Assembly: GCA_944386175.1 (NCBI GenBank)
Contig: CALXAB010000001.1
Location: 47,645 to 111,644 of the forward strand
DNA: 64,000 nt
Reading direction: 5' to 3'
DNA from: an uncultured Clostridia bacterium
GTDB lineage: Bacteria; Bacillota; Clostridia; TANB77; CAG-508
The translations under genes and the position numbers were made by a program. Each line of letters starts with the position of its first letter. Position 1 is the first letter of the stretch. Positions 11,423 to 20,791 of the stretch are shown in pieces. Under the pieces are notes generated by a model. It had not been told where the DNA came from, did no database searches, and worked only from the letters and a program-made list of their open reading frames with translations.

Positions 11423-12129
11423 TTATGATAAATGTTAGCAACATCATCTAAGTCTTCTAATCTTTCAATTAGTCTTTCCATTTTTTCTACACCTTTTTCA
11501 TCAAGAGTAACTGTTGTTGTTGGCACCATTTGAACTTCTGCTTCCAAAAATTTCAATCCTGATTCTTCTAGTTTTTCACGGACAGATGTAAAATCTGATG
11601 GATCTGTTGTAATTTCATATATTTCTTCTGATGTTTGAAAATCTTCTGCCCCTGCATCTAATGCTAACATCATTAATTCCTCTTCATCCATTGAAGTTTC
11701 TGCTTTTTCTATTATTATAACTCCTTTTTTGTTAAACATATATGATACACAACCTGTTGTTCCTAAATTTCCTCCTGATTTGTCAAATGCATGTCTTACA
11801 TCTGCTGCTGTTCTGTTTTTATTGTCTGTTGCTGCTTCTACAATAACTGCTACACCATTTGGTCCATATCCTTCATATGTAATTTCTTCATAGTTTTCGT
11901 TACTTGTTGATGCTTTTTTTATTGCATTATTTATTGTGTCATTTGGCATATTTGCTGCTTTACATTTTGCAATTACATTTTTTAATTTTGAGTTTCCTGC
12001 TGGGTCTGGTCCTCCTTCTTTTACTGCTATTAATAATTCTCTTCCTAGTTTTGTGAATATTTTTCCTCTTGCTGCATCTGCTTTTCCTTTTTTGGCTTGT
12101 ATGTTGTGCCATTTTGAGTGACCACTCAT
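11410..12129 (-). CDS. yebC: YebC/PmpR family DNA-binding transcriptional regulator
   Basis: The N-terminus [32 protein letters not shown] is diagnostic. Confidence 0.9.
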   Translation of the reverse strand: MSGHSKWHNIQAKKGKADAARGKIFTKLGRELLIAVKEGGPDPAGNSKLKNVIAKCKAANMPNDTINNAIKKASTSNENYEEITYEGYGPNGVAVIVEAATDNKNRTAADVRHAFDKSGGNLGTTGCVSYMFNKKGVIIIEKAETSMDEEELMMLALDAGAEDFQTSEEIYEITTDPSDFTSVREKLEESGLKFLEAEVQMVPTTTVTLDEKGVEKMERLIERLEDLDDVANIYHNWEE

Positions 12130-12310
12130 TTTATTTCCTCCTTCATTTTTCTTTTATTATTAATATCTATTTTTTAGATTAAATAAACTTTCTAGGTTAT
12201 TCTATCATATTTTTTTAGTTTTGTGTAGTATTTTTTTATATTTTTACATTTACGCAGTTAATTTGCATGTTATTATTTTATTATTTAAATTGTAATTTAT
12301 CTCCTACCTA

Positions 12311-12430
12311 TTAAATGAAATGCAAAACAATAGGAATAAGCAGAATTAAAATTACACCTACTGCACATATAGCAATCACTTTTTGAAAACTTCGTTTTTG
12401 TTGTTCACTCATATTATTATACCATTTCAT
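12311..12430 (-). CDS. Putative 39-aa small membrane protein (MKWYNNMSEQQKRSFQKVIAICAVGVILILLIPIVLHFI)
   Basis: Strong RBS AGGAGG about 9 nt upstream of the ATG. A single TM helix is predicted. Not in the ORF track because it is under 60 aa. Confidence 0.3.
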   Translation of the reverse strand: MKWYNNMSEQQKRSFQKVIAICAVGVILILLIPIVLHFI

Positions 12431-12488
12431 ACACTATTACCTCCTAATAAATCAAACAAAAAATTACTATTTTTGTTTAACTATTGCC

Positions 12489-12692
12489 TCATCTTTTTAC
12501 TAATTTCTTTACTTCTTCAAACTTTCCAAATCCCACGTCACCTAAATGATATACCGTATCTGTATTCTTAACGACGGAATTCCATCTTTCAATTATACAT
12601 TTGTTCATTTCTTCAATATTTTTAAATGGTCTATTACAGTATTTAATTATATTTGTATGATTAAAATGTGTATCAGCTATAAAATATATCAT
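12489..12692 (-). pseudogene. Truncated metallophosphoesterase (calcineurin-like), N-terminal 67 codons only
   Basis: [16 protein letters not shown]...YHLGDVGFG contains phosphoesterase motifs I-II and then hits a stop. Full-length family members are about 150-280 aa. The intact paralog is at 19155-19991. Confidence 0.5.
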
Positions 12693-12709
12693 ACACTCTC
12701 CCTTTCTGC

Positions 12710-13564
12710 TTAAACAGTTGAAACTTCTATATCTAAACTTGAAATAAATTCTTTTAGTTCTTTTATTATTTCTTCAAACTTAATATCATTTGCATATTTA
12801 TTCTTTTTAGCATATCCATTCCATAAACTTACAATTCTATCATATGAAGATATATTATCTAAAATCTGTTCATAATCCTTTAAATATCCAAGCGATTCTC
12901 TTTTATCAAATGTATTTTTTATTGATAGTTTTAAATTCTTAATATCAATATTATCTTTAAATTTGCTTAAAAACATATGTACATCATAGTAATCCTTCAT
13001 TCTGCTATTATACTATCCTCTTCTTAAAATGGTTTCAATTTTTTCAGATATGATTGTTTCAGCGTTATATGTATAAATTAATATCTTTTTATTTTCAAAT
13101 AATGATGGATAACTATACTCCAACTCTTTTGGTACAACTTTATCTCCTGTAGAAATATCAATATCTAAATTAATTTTAACATTTTCTAATTTTCCAATTA
13201 AATGATATTTATTTCCACCATATTCATCATCTTCTCTTATATCAGTTATATCAATTAATTCAAACTTCACTCCATCTTTTAAATCAATATTTAATATTTC
13301 GTTTAAAACTTTTGCCATCTGTTCTTTAGAAATATCTAAACCCTTGATTGTTGTATCCATATCTCTTGTAGTTCTATTATTGATTCCAAATAGTGCTGAT
13401 AACAGTAAACCACCTTTTAATATAAAATTTTCTTGATATTTTGAAAGTGAAATTCTTTCTAAGATTCTTTCAAACATAAATCTTTGTAACAATTCATAAT
13501 GATTTAGTTGGTATTTTTTCTCTAGTTCCTTTGATTTTTGTTTAAGTTCTTTATATTTTATCAC
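12710..13564 (-). pseudogene. abiEii: AbiEii/AbiGii-family nucleotidyltransferase toxin interrupted by an in-frame TAG
   Basis: ORFs 13013-13564 and 12710-13000 are in the same frame, separated by a TAG at 13013-15. Together they are colinear with the intact 281-aa paralog at 53266-54111. Confidence 0.7.
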
Positions 13565-14153
13565 TCATCAAAACCTCCATTATAATAGTTAATTTCTCAT
13601 ATACATTAAATATTTTAGCATATTCATCTAATAGTTTTAAATTTTTATCCTTTAAATTAAAATAACTTTTCAAAATTTTATTATATAATTCTATATCGTA
13701 CTCATCTTGTTTTTTTAGCATATCACATATACATCTTTCTAAATTATATACAATTATAGGATTACCATATGGACTTGTTATAGTAATTTTACCTATATTT
13801 AACTTTTCTTTAGATACATAGTGAATTTTTACATTTTCTCTAATTCTTTTATGAGAATATGTAGTAACATCAAGTTCATATGGTACTCTTTCACTAATTC
13901 CCAGCAAGTGAAACGCAGTATTGTATGAATAAATAATATTGTTATAACGTTTTTGCAAAATATAGTATTCATCTTCAATTAATTTATTATCAATATATAA
14001 ACCTCTTGATACTCTTCTAATTATTCCTTTTTTAATTAATTCCGGAATATATATTCTTTGAATTCCGTTTTGCTCTATTTCACTAGATGTTATATAACCA
14101 TTATTTCTTTTTAAAAATTTTTCTATTTTTTTTATATTCATATTAACCTCCAT
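13551..14153 (-). CDS. abiEi: AbiEi-family antitoxin / transcriptional regulator (type IV TA)
   Basis: Paralog of 54108-54701 (GVI/YITSSEIE...VARGVYI/VSRGLYI). Likely starts at the ATG at 14141, preceded by GGAGG. Overlaps the downstream toxin gene. Confidence 0.75.
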   Translation of the reverse strand: MEVNMNIKKIEKFLKRNNGYITSSEIEQNGIQRIYIPELIKKGIIRRVSRGLYIDNKLIEDEYYILQKRYNNIIYSYNTAFHLLGISERVPYELDVTTYSHKRIRENVKIHYVSKEKLNIGKITITSPYGNPIIVYNLERCICDMLKKQDEYDIELYNKILKSYFNLKDKNLKLLDEYAKIFNVYEKLTIIMEVLMSDKI

Positions 14154-15049
14154 TACAAACGTACTACCATTTTATCATATTGTTGTACGTTTGTAAATGT
14201 TATACTTGAAATTTATTAAATTTCTTATTAACCAATATAGTTTATAGTGTATTTTTACACCATATCATATCATTTTGAATAACAATACATTTTATATCAA
14301 TAATTTACTTGTTTCAATTTTACTTATTTCTTTGTTATAAACTTACTTTGAAATTTACAAACATTTACATTTTTTAGCAAAAAAATATAGCCAATAGTGG
14401 AATATTTTTATTCCACTATTGACTACTTTTTTATCTATTTTTTTCATTTGTGTAGTATTTTTACAAATATTTTTTGTATTTTACTTATGTGAGTTGTACA
14501 TTTTTTATTGTTTAAATTTATTTATAATCTTAATCTCATTGATCTTTCAAAAAACATTATTAATTGTACAAAAAGCTTTGAATGAAAAAAATTCAACCTA
14601 CTTTTTTGTTACCTATATTAAATATATTTTTTTATAAAAGCCATAAAATAAATTTTATTTATAAATTCATTTTATAGCTTAATTCTAATCAATTTGCTCT
14701 AAATTAATTAATTCATTTTCTTTAAATGTTAATTTTAGTAAACATGGTGATTTTATATTTAGTATTTTTTCATTTTATAAACAAGTGTAAATGTTAAAAT
14801 AAGATTTTTAGTTTATCAAAAACATAGGAAATGGAGAAACCACAAAGTGGTTTGTCTATTGAAATATGAAAAATACATCTACAACAGTCAAATTACAGAG
14901 GTGTTTTTCTTTTGTTGGTTATTTTTGTTTGCTAATATTATTACTAATGCAATAATTAAGGCAAACGTAATGATAGTTAACCCTATTAATGAATAATATA
15001 GTTTGTATAGCACCTAAAATAATTCCAAGTTCTGTTAGAGTTCTTGATA

Positions 15050-15877
15050 TTATTCACTTATTGTATATCCCGTAGTATCTGGTTTCGTAATATCTGTATC
15101 TTTAACCACACCAAATTCATATTTATAATCTGTTGTTCTATTATTTTGATTATCTATCATCTTTATTGCTAATCCAGTATCTACATCAATAAATTTTTCT
15201 GTATTGCCATCTCTTATTAAATAACATTCTTTTCTATTAAGTTCTATTTTATCTATACTTGTTGTAATTGCCATAAATAAGTTTTCGAATATATTTTGAC
15301 CAGTAAAGTAAACAGGATTAATGGTTATATCCGTTGAATTATTCAAAGTTTTTGTTGTCCCATTATCTATTAATGCTATTTTTTCTGTTTCCGACTTATA
15401 TAATATTATGTTAATAGTATCGTTTACTTCTGAAAATATACTCATTTTTCCCAAAGTTACGCCATTCTTATTAAATGATTCTAAAATACTCATTTGCCCA
15501 TTAGAATATGTTTCTGTTTTGGTATGATAATTTGTTTGATTTTTCATATCATTTGCTCGGTTTGATAAATTCATAAGTATCATTGTTTTTCTTCCTACTA
15601 CTATAATGAATAATATAACTACAATTAGTAAAATATTTCTTAAAAGTTTAAGTTTTCTGTTAAATTTTTTAATATATTTAACTTCTCTATTATCTCTTTT
15701 TGAACTATTTAGTTTTAAATCCTTTTGCATATTTTCAAATATGTTTTTACATTCTGTACATTCATTTAAATGTTCTTCAATGTATTTGTTTGTTTCTTCA
15801 TTTGTAAGTTTTTCTATATAATTTGGCAATAAATCTTGGATAATTTTACAATCTTTTTTTTCTTTCATACTAATCAA
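15050..15877 (-). CDS. Anti-sigma factor with N-terminal zinc-finger (HxxxCxxC) and a single TM
   Basis: HLNECTECKNIF motif followed by one TM. Overlaps the stop of the upstream ECF sigma gene. Likely starts at the ATG at 15868. Confidence 0.7.
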   Translation of the reverse strand: MISMKEKKDCKIIQDLLPNYIEKLTNEETNKYIEEHLNECTECKNIFENMQKDLKLNSSKRDNREVKYIKKFNRKLKLLRNILLIVVILFIIVVGRKTMILMNLSNRANDMKNQTNYHTKTETYSNGQMSILESFNKNGVTLGKMSIFSEVNDTINIILYKSETEKIALIDNGTTKTLNNSTDITINPVYFTGQNIFENLFMAITTSIDKIELNRKECYLIRDGNTEKFIDVDTGLAIKMIDNQNNRTTDYKYEFGVVKDTDITKPDTTGYTISE

Positions 15878-16418
15878 CCTCCTTTAATTGATTTTTTCCA
15901 CGATAAAATGTTACTCTAGCCCAGTTTTCTGTTTTATTCAAAATAATTCCTATCTCTTTAAAACTTAGTTCTCCAGTTATCCTTAGATACATTACTTCTC
16001 TTGTTTTATCATCTAAAGTTTGCATTTTTTTATATAATGAAATTTTTTCATCATTTGCAATAACTTGTTCTTCTACTGTATCTAATGCTTGTACATTTAT
16101 TAAATATTTCTCTTCTGTATTTATAACTTTTTTATTCTTTCTGCATTCATCATACCATAGATTTTTAGCTATCTGACATAACCATACTGCCATTTTACAT
16201 TCGCCTTTGTATGTATTTATTTTCTTTACAGCTTTATAAAAAGTTTCTTGCGTAAGTTCTTCAGAGATATCATTATTATGACTTAAACAGAATAGATATT
16301 TGTTTACTATTTCAAAATACTCTTCGTATATTTTTTCGATATCCTGCATAACTTTTGTCCCCCTTATATATGACGTATAAAAATTCGATTCGTTACAAAG
16401 TTTGTTAAATTTTTTCAT
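15870..16418 (-). CDS. ECF-subfamily RNA polymerase sigma-70 factor
   Basis: Sigma70 region 2 and region 4 features (ELTQETFYKA...; LSFKEIGIILNKTENWARV). The likely start at 16349 (MQDIEK) has the RBS AAGGGGGAC. Confidence 0.8.
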   Translation of the reverse strand: MKKFNKLCNESNFYTSYIRGTKVMQDIEKIYEEYFEIVNKYLFCLSHNNDISEELTQETFYKAVKKINTYKGECKMAVWLCQIAKNLWYDECRKNKKVINTEEKYLINVQALDTVEEQVIANDEKISLYKKMQTLDDKTREVMYLRITGELSFKEIGIILNKTENWARVTFYRGKNQLKEVD

Positions 16419-16649
16419 TTTTTTATTCTATTATATCAAAAATAGCAGATTTTTGTACTTAAAATGAAATCTCCTTATTAAACTTTTTTGTCTAATAATT
16501 TGAGTTCACTTCATTTTTTTCTGCTATTAATTAGAACTATAAATTATTATTTTGTAATTACAATATGTTGACTATTTAAACACATTTTATAACTAGTTAA
16601 GCTTACTAAATGGCTAATTTTGTATTTATTATTATATGTTTTATCTTTA

Positions 16650-17352
16650 TCACAACTCCATTTCTTGACTATCTAATATTTTTGTACATTTTTCTCTTTC
16701 TTTTTTTATTCCTTCTTGTATTGATGTTTTTATCAATGCTTTTAAATGTTCTGGTTCTGGATAATCTTTCTTATCTAAGGCTGCAAGAACAAACTTGTCT
16801 CTTATACTAAACCTTGTTATTTTTCCTTGTTCATTAGTAACTCTTAAAAGTTGATCTAATAAAATTCCAATATCCATAGGAAAACCATGCTCTCTTGAAT
16901 ATCTCTCAGCAAAAGCAAGTGTTGTTCGTGTATTACCATCTCTAAAAGGATGTACTCTCCACATTTTTACAATATTGTCTGTAAATTCTGCTGTTACTTC
17001 ATCAATATTTTTACCTGACCAATTAGAATTATTCAGTACAGTAAGAACTTTATCTAACTCTCCGCTCAATATTTTGTGGTTCAGAATATTCTAAGCTTAG
17101 ACCTGGAATAACTACTTCTTCTTTGTATATAGGAACTGTTCTAAACTCTCCTGCCCATTCAAATATATCTTCAAAAATATGTTTATGGAGTCTTTTTATA
17201 TAATCAATATCATATTTTTACTTAAATTCTTCTCCTACATCTATTAATTTTACAAAACCTATATCTTTTTCAGCACTATTTAACTCATCATATTCTTTAA
17301 TTCCTAGTTTATTTTTTAGAGTTCCGTTATCTTGAATATATGGATCTTTCAT
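16650..17352 (-). pseudogene. Fic/Doc family protein, frameshifted
   Basis: ORF 16650-17069 carries the Fic motif HPFRDGNTRT. Its N-terminal part (MKDPYIQDNGTLKNKLGI...) lies at 17070-17352 in broken frames. Confidence 0.6.
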
Positions 17353-17398
17353 ATTTTATTACATTCCCCCATTAACAAAATTATAATTTAAAATCATC

Positions 17399-17596
17399 TT
17401 ATTTGTTCTTATTATATCTATTAATTACTCTTTCTTGCAATTCCTTTAGTTCTATTTCTCCTTTTATATATTGTTTAGCTAAAGCGATTGTTTCGTCTGT
17501 AGGTATATCCGCACCTGACATTGAAATACCTAAAGCTTTTTTTAATAGTTCTTTTCTCTCTTCAACACTTGTTTCATTAACTTTATAACTACTCAT
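17399..17596 (-). CDS. VbhA-like antitoxin of the Fic toxin (65 aa)
   Basis: Small protein immediately upstream of the Fic gene. The motif ALGISMSGADIP...IALAKQYIKGEI is VbhA-like. Confidence 0.55.
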   Translation of the reverse strand: MSSYKVNETSVEERKELLKKALGISMSGADIPTDETIALAKQYIKGEIELKELQERVINRYNKNK

Positions 17597-17736
17597 ATTA
17601 ACTTTCCTTTCTCTTTCGGATATATTTTATCACATTTTATTTATTTTGTGTAGTATTTTTTCTATCTATGGTCTTACATATATTGTGCATATGTAAATCT
17701 ATCATTATCAATATTCATTATCTTTTACTTTTCTAA

Positions 17737-18819
17737 TTATTTTTCTACTCCTAACAAAAAATCATCAAATAATTTTTCTATGTATTCGGAAGGAATATCT
17801 TTATCCTGATTTTCTTTTTTATTTTTTAGCATAGTTATCAAATCATTCTCATTTAATGTTAATATTAATTGCCCCTGGTCTCTTAAAATTCCTTTGCATA
17901 TGCTTTTAGCATTTTTATTAATTCCTTCCCTACTTATCACTATTGCAACTGTTCGTAATGTATTTTTATTTAAATATTTATTTGTAGTCTCAATTTGGTC
18001 CTGTGTAATTTTACTATTGTAATTTTTAAATTCAAATATAATATATCTAGATTTATATATTTCATACAACATTTTCCAAAATCCATCTTGCTGTTTTACT
18101 TTTCCTAATAAATCTATTCTATGCAAATTATTATCACAATTTATCTGTGATTTCCAACCATATATATAATCTCCAAATAGATATTTTAATACTTTTTCTC
18201 CTATTTTTTCAAATTCTTTTGAGCCTTCTTTTCCTTTTTTTATATTCTTTATCTCATTTATATATTTGTCTTCTATGTTTATACATTTCTCTTTTTCTGG
18301 ATTTTCTACATAGTTCATATATTTTTCTAAATCTATTTTTTGCGGAACATAATCTATAATTGAAAATGTTAACATATTCTTTAGCTGTTCCAGTAGATCT
18401 TGATTGTTCTTTATCAAGTACATAATATTAGCAATATCTATTATAATTATATTGTCTTTTTTATAATAATCCTTTTGTTGTTCATCAACACTTCCAAATA
18501 TAATAACAAATGAATACTTATTTAGTTTTTCTTTTGGATAAATTTCTCTATAACTTTTCAATTGGTTTATTGCACTAATAATAGTATTTTTTGAATTGTT
18601 CTTTACTTCTTTTATTTCTACTAATATATCAAGATTATTAGCACTTTTTAAAACAAAATCTATTATTTTATTTTTGATTCGCAATTCTTTTTTATATTCA
18701 ATACTTAAATATTGAAACATTTTTTCTATAAAATCATCTACTTGTTGAAAAAAGAAAACAAACATATTCATTCCTTCATCTCCTATCTCTATATATAGAT
18801 TATTTTTCGATATTTTCAT
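17737..18819 (-). CDS. Hypothetical protein with two PD-(D/E)xK-like (restriction-endonuclease-fold) motifs
   Basis: DFVL..(x)DILVEIKE and RIDLLGKV..(x)IIFEFKNY resemble tandem D...(D/E)xK nuclease cores. I do not recognise a family. Confidence 0.4.
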   Translation of the reverse strand: MKISKNNLYIEIGDEGMNMFVFFFQQVDDFIEKMFQYLSIEYKKELRIKNKIIDFVLKSANNLDILVEIKEVKNNSKNTIISAINQLKSYREIYPKEKLNKYSFVIIFGSVDEQQKDYYKKDNIIIIDIANIMYLIKNNQDLLEQLKNMLTFSIIDYVPQKIDLEKYMNYVENPEKEKCINIEDKYINEIKNIKKGKEGSKEFEKIGEKVLKYLFGDYIYGWKSQINCDNNLHRIDLLGKVKQQDGFWKMLYEIYKSRYIIFEFKNYNSKITQDQIETTNKYLNKNTLRTVAIVISREGINKNAKSICKGILRDQGQLILTLNENDLITMLKNKKENQDKDIPSEYIEKLFDDFLLGVEK

Positions 18820-18858
18820 TTATCTTTTTTTAATTTATTAACAGCTTTAATAAATACA

Positions 18859-19046
18859 CTAAAAAACATACTCTAAAAATACTATTCCATCTAAATGATT
18901 ACATTCATGTTGCACTAATCTTGCAAAAAATCCATTTAATTGTTTTTGTATTTTTTCCCCATTCTTATTATAATAAGTTATTCTTCATCACATTTTTTGT
19001 TAAGAATAGGCTCTCCTACTTCTCTTACTTTTAAGACTTTTTCCAT
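18859..19046 (-). pseudogene. def: Peptide deformylase remnant
   Basis: Minus-strand translation gives MEKVLKVREVGEPILNKKCDEE* (PDF N-terminus) and, in another frame, GEKIQKQLNGFFARLVQHECNHLDGIVFLEYVF* (PDF motif 3, QHExDHLxG). The middle of the gene is missing. Confidence 0.55.
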
Positions 19047-19154
19047 GTATATTTTCCTCTTTTAAAATAATATTTCTTTATAAATTTCTACTTGTTGTAG
19101 TATAAACTAATATTACATTTAATTTTTTCATTTATAATCTTCTCCAAAATTTTT

Positions 19155-19991
19155 TTATATATTATCAGTATTAATTCCTAATTTTTTAAAATTTGCATTA
19201 ATTCTTGTCATGTCTCTATATCTTCCTTCTTTTAGTTCAAATCTGTAATTTTCTTTTTCTATATTTATCTTCTCATCATTCAGTTCTTTTTCTATATTAT
19301 ATGGGAGTTTTATAAATTGAAAAGAAATCTCTGATGTATAATCTTTACTTCCATATTCTCCTTCAATAATTAAATAAAAAGCTTTTGTTGTTTCTAAAAC
19401 ATTGCTATCTTTATTCCTATTTCTAATAACATCAAAAGAATTTCCTACACTTCCAACATTTATTATTGTTTTATTATATATTTTGTCCATATATGGGTGA
19501 TGAATATGCCCATATATTACAACATCTGCAATATTTTGTGATACTGTTTTTTCAGTTGGTAAAAACATTTGATATTTAGTATCTATACTATCAACATTTA
19601 ATATAGCTTTATTATTTACTTTTGGTGTTGCATGAAATACCCTCACTAAACTTCCACTCATATAAAACTCATAACAAAATGGTAGGTTTAATAAGTATTC
19701 TTTATCTTCTTTAGCTAATAATGACTGATTCCATTTAATTCTTTTTTGCTCTTGTTTAGGCATATTTCCTATATTTTCATGACTTTTTGAAAAATGTTCA
19801 TCACAATTTCCTTGTAATACCACATCACAGTTTTCTTTTATCAATTCAACACATTCTTTTGGATGTACTCCTTTGGCTATAATATCACCTAAACATATAA
19901 TCTTATCTACATTTCTTTTTTCTATATCTTTTAAAGTTACCTTTAATGCTTCTAAGTTGCCATGTATATCTGAAATTATTGCTATCCTCAT
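19155..19991 (-). CDS. Metallophosphoesterase (calcineurin-like phosphoesterase)
   Basis: MRIAIISDIHGN...ICLGDIIAKG...GHIHHP shows phosphoesterase motifs I-V. Confidence 0.8.
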   Translation of the reverse strand: MRIAIISDIHGNLEALKVTLKDIEKRNVDKIICLGDIIAKGVHPKECVELIKENCDVVLQGNCDEHFSKSHENIGNMPKQEQKRIKWNQSLLAKEDKEYLLNLPFCYEFYMSGSLVRVFHATPKVNNKAILNVDSIDTKYQMFLPTEKTVSQNIADVVIYGHIHHPYMDKIYNKTIINVGSVGNSFDVIRNRNKDSNVLETTKAFYLIIEGEYGSKDYTSEISFQFIKLPYNIEKELNDEKINIEKENYRFELKEGRYRDMTRINANFKKLGINTDNI

Positions 19992-20104
19992 ATTTAATTC
20001 GACCTCTTTTCCTTATAACCAATTTATATCACAAAAAGCTAAATTTTCATAGTATTTTACCAATATTTCCAAACATATTTATCCTTAAATTTTAATATAA
20101 TTTT

Positions 20105-20330
20105 ATAAGTACACTTAGTGAACTTTTTCTTAAAAATCACTTCTTTTTTGTTCATTTAGTGAACTTTTGCACTCTAAAAAGCGTTTTTTATCCATTCACT
20201 CGGTGAATTTTTGCATCAGATCTGCATAAAATTTTTGTTTTTTTATTAACTCTTGAAGGCTTGCCCTTCAATGTGTATATGCGTTGCGTAATGCACGCTA
20301 TCCTGCCTTTAGTATTCACTTTAGTTCACC
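20105..20330. repeat. Repeat locus A: three GTTCAC-N3-GTGAAC-like palindromes followed by the conserved roughly 100-nt two-hairpin T element
   Basis: Palindromes at 20109-23, 20150-64 and 20194-208. The T element at about 20224-20313 includes a 7-bp stem at 20253-59/20265-71. It is homologous to loci B, C and D (36.5, 43.2 and 51.0 kb). Confidence 0.85.
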
Positions 20331-20452
20331 TTATCAAAATTAATTTATGTAAATTGTTGAATTATTTCCTTTTTTATGCTATATTAACTGTATCGTTTCA
20401 AAATCTTCTTTATAAAATTTCTACTCAAAATTATTTCAAAGGAGGTGTATTT

Positions 20453-20791
20453 GTGGATTTAAATCTATTGGAACCTATTATTAATAATCTTGATAAAGCA
20501 ATTCATAAGACTAACTTAAAAGACTCTTTTATAGACGAGTTTATTCATGATTTACAAAGAAGTATTTTAAGGCAAAACCTTGATTATGATTATAGTAAAT
20601 TACCTAAAAATACCATATTTGAAGTCGACTATATTGAAAATGGATTTGCTTCTTGTTTAGATACTGCACAAAAACATTCAGAAAAATATTATATTCCAGA
20701 AGAGTTACTTGATGAAACTGCCAAAAATGCAGATTATATTCAACTTGACGGTAACAAATATACTGCTGTTTCTAATCCATATAAAAATTAG
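20453..20791 (+). CDS. Hypothetical protein (112 aa, GTG start)
   Basis: RBS GGAGGTG at 20441-47. Putative promoter TTGAAT-17-TATATT just downstream of repeat A. The 176-aa ORF-track model extends upstream into the repeat and is probably too long. Confidence 0.45.
   Translation: MDLNLLEPIINNLDKAIHKTNLKDSFIDEFIHDLQRSILRQNLDYDYSKLPKNTIFEVDYIENGFASCLDTAQKHSEKYYIPEELLDETAKNADYIQLDGNKYTAVSNPYKN

Noticed and set aside
20224-20313. T element interpreted as a rho-independent terminator
   Set aside because: The T-run lies upstream of the hairpin on the plus strand, and an A-run follows it on the minus strand. Neither orientation gives a hairpin followed by a U tract.
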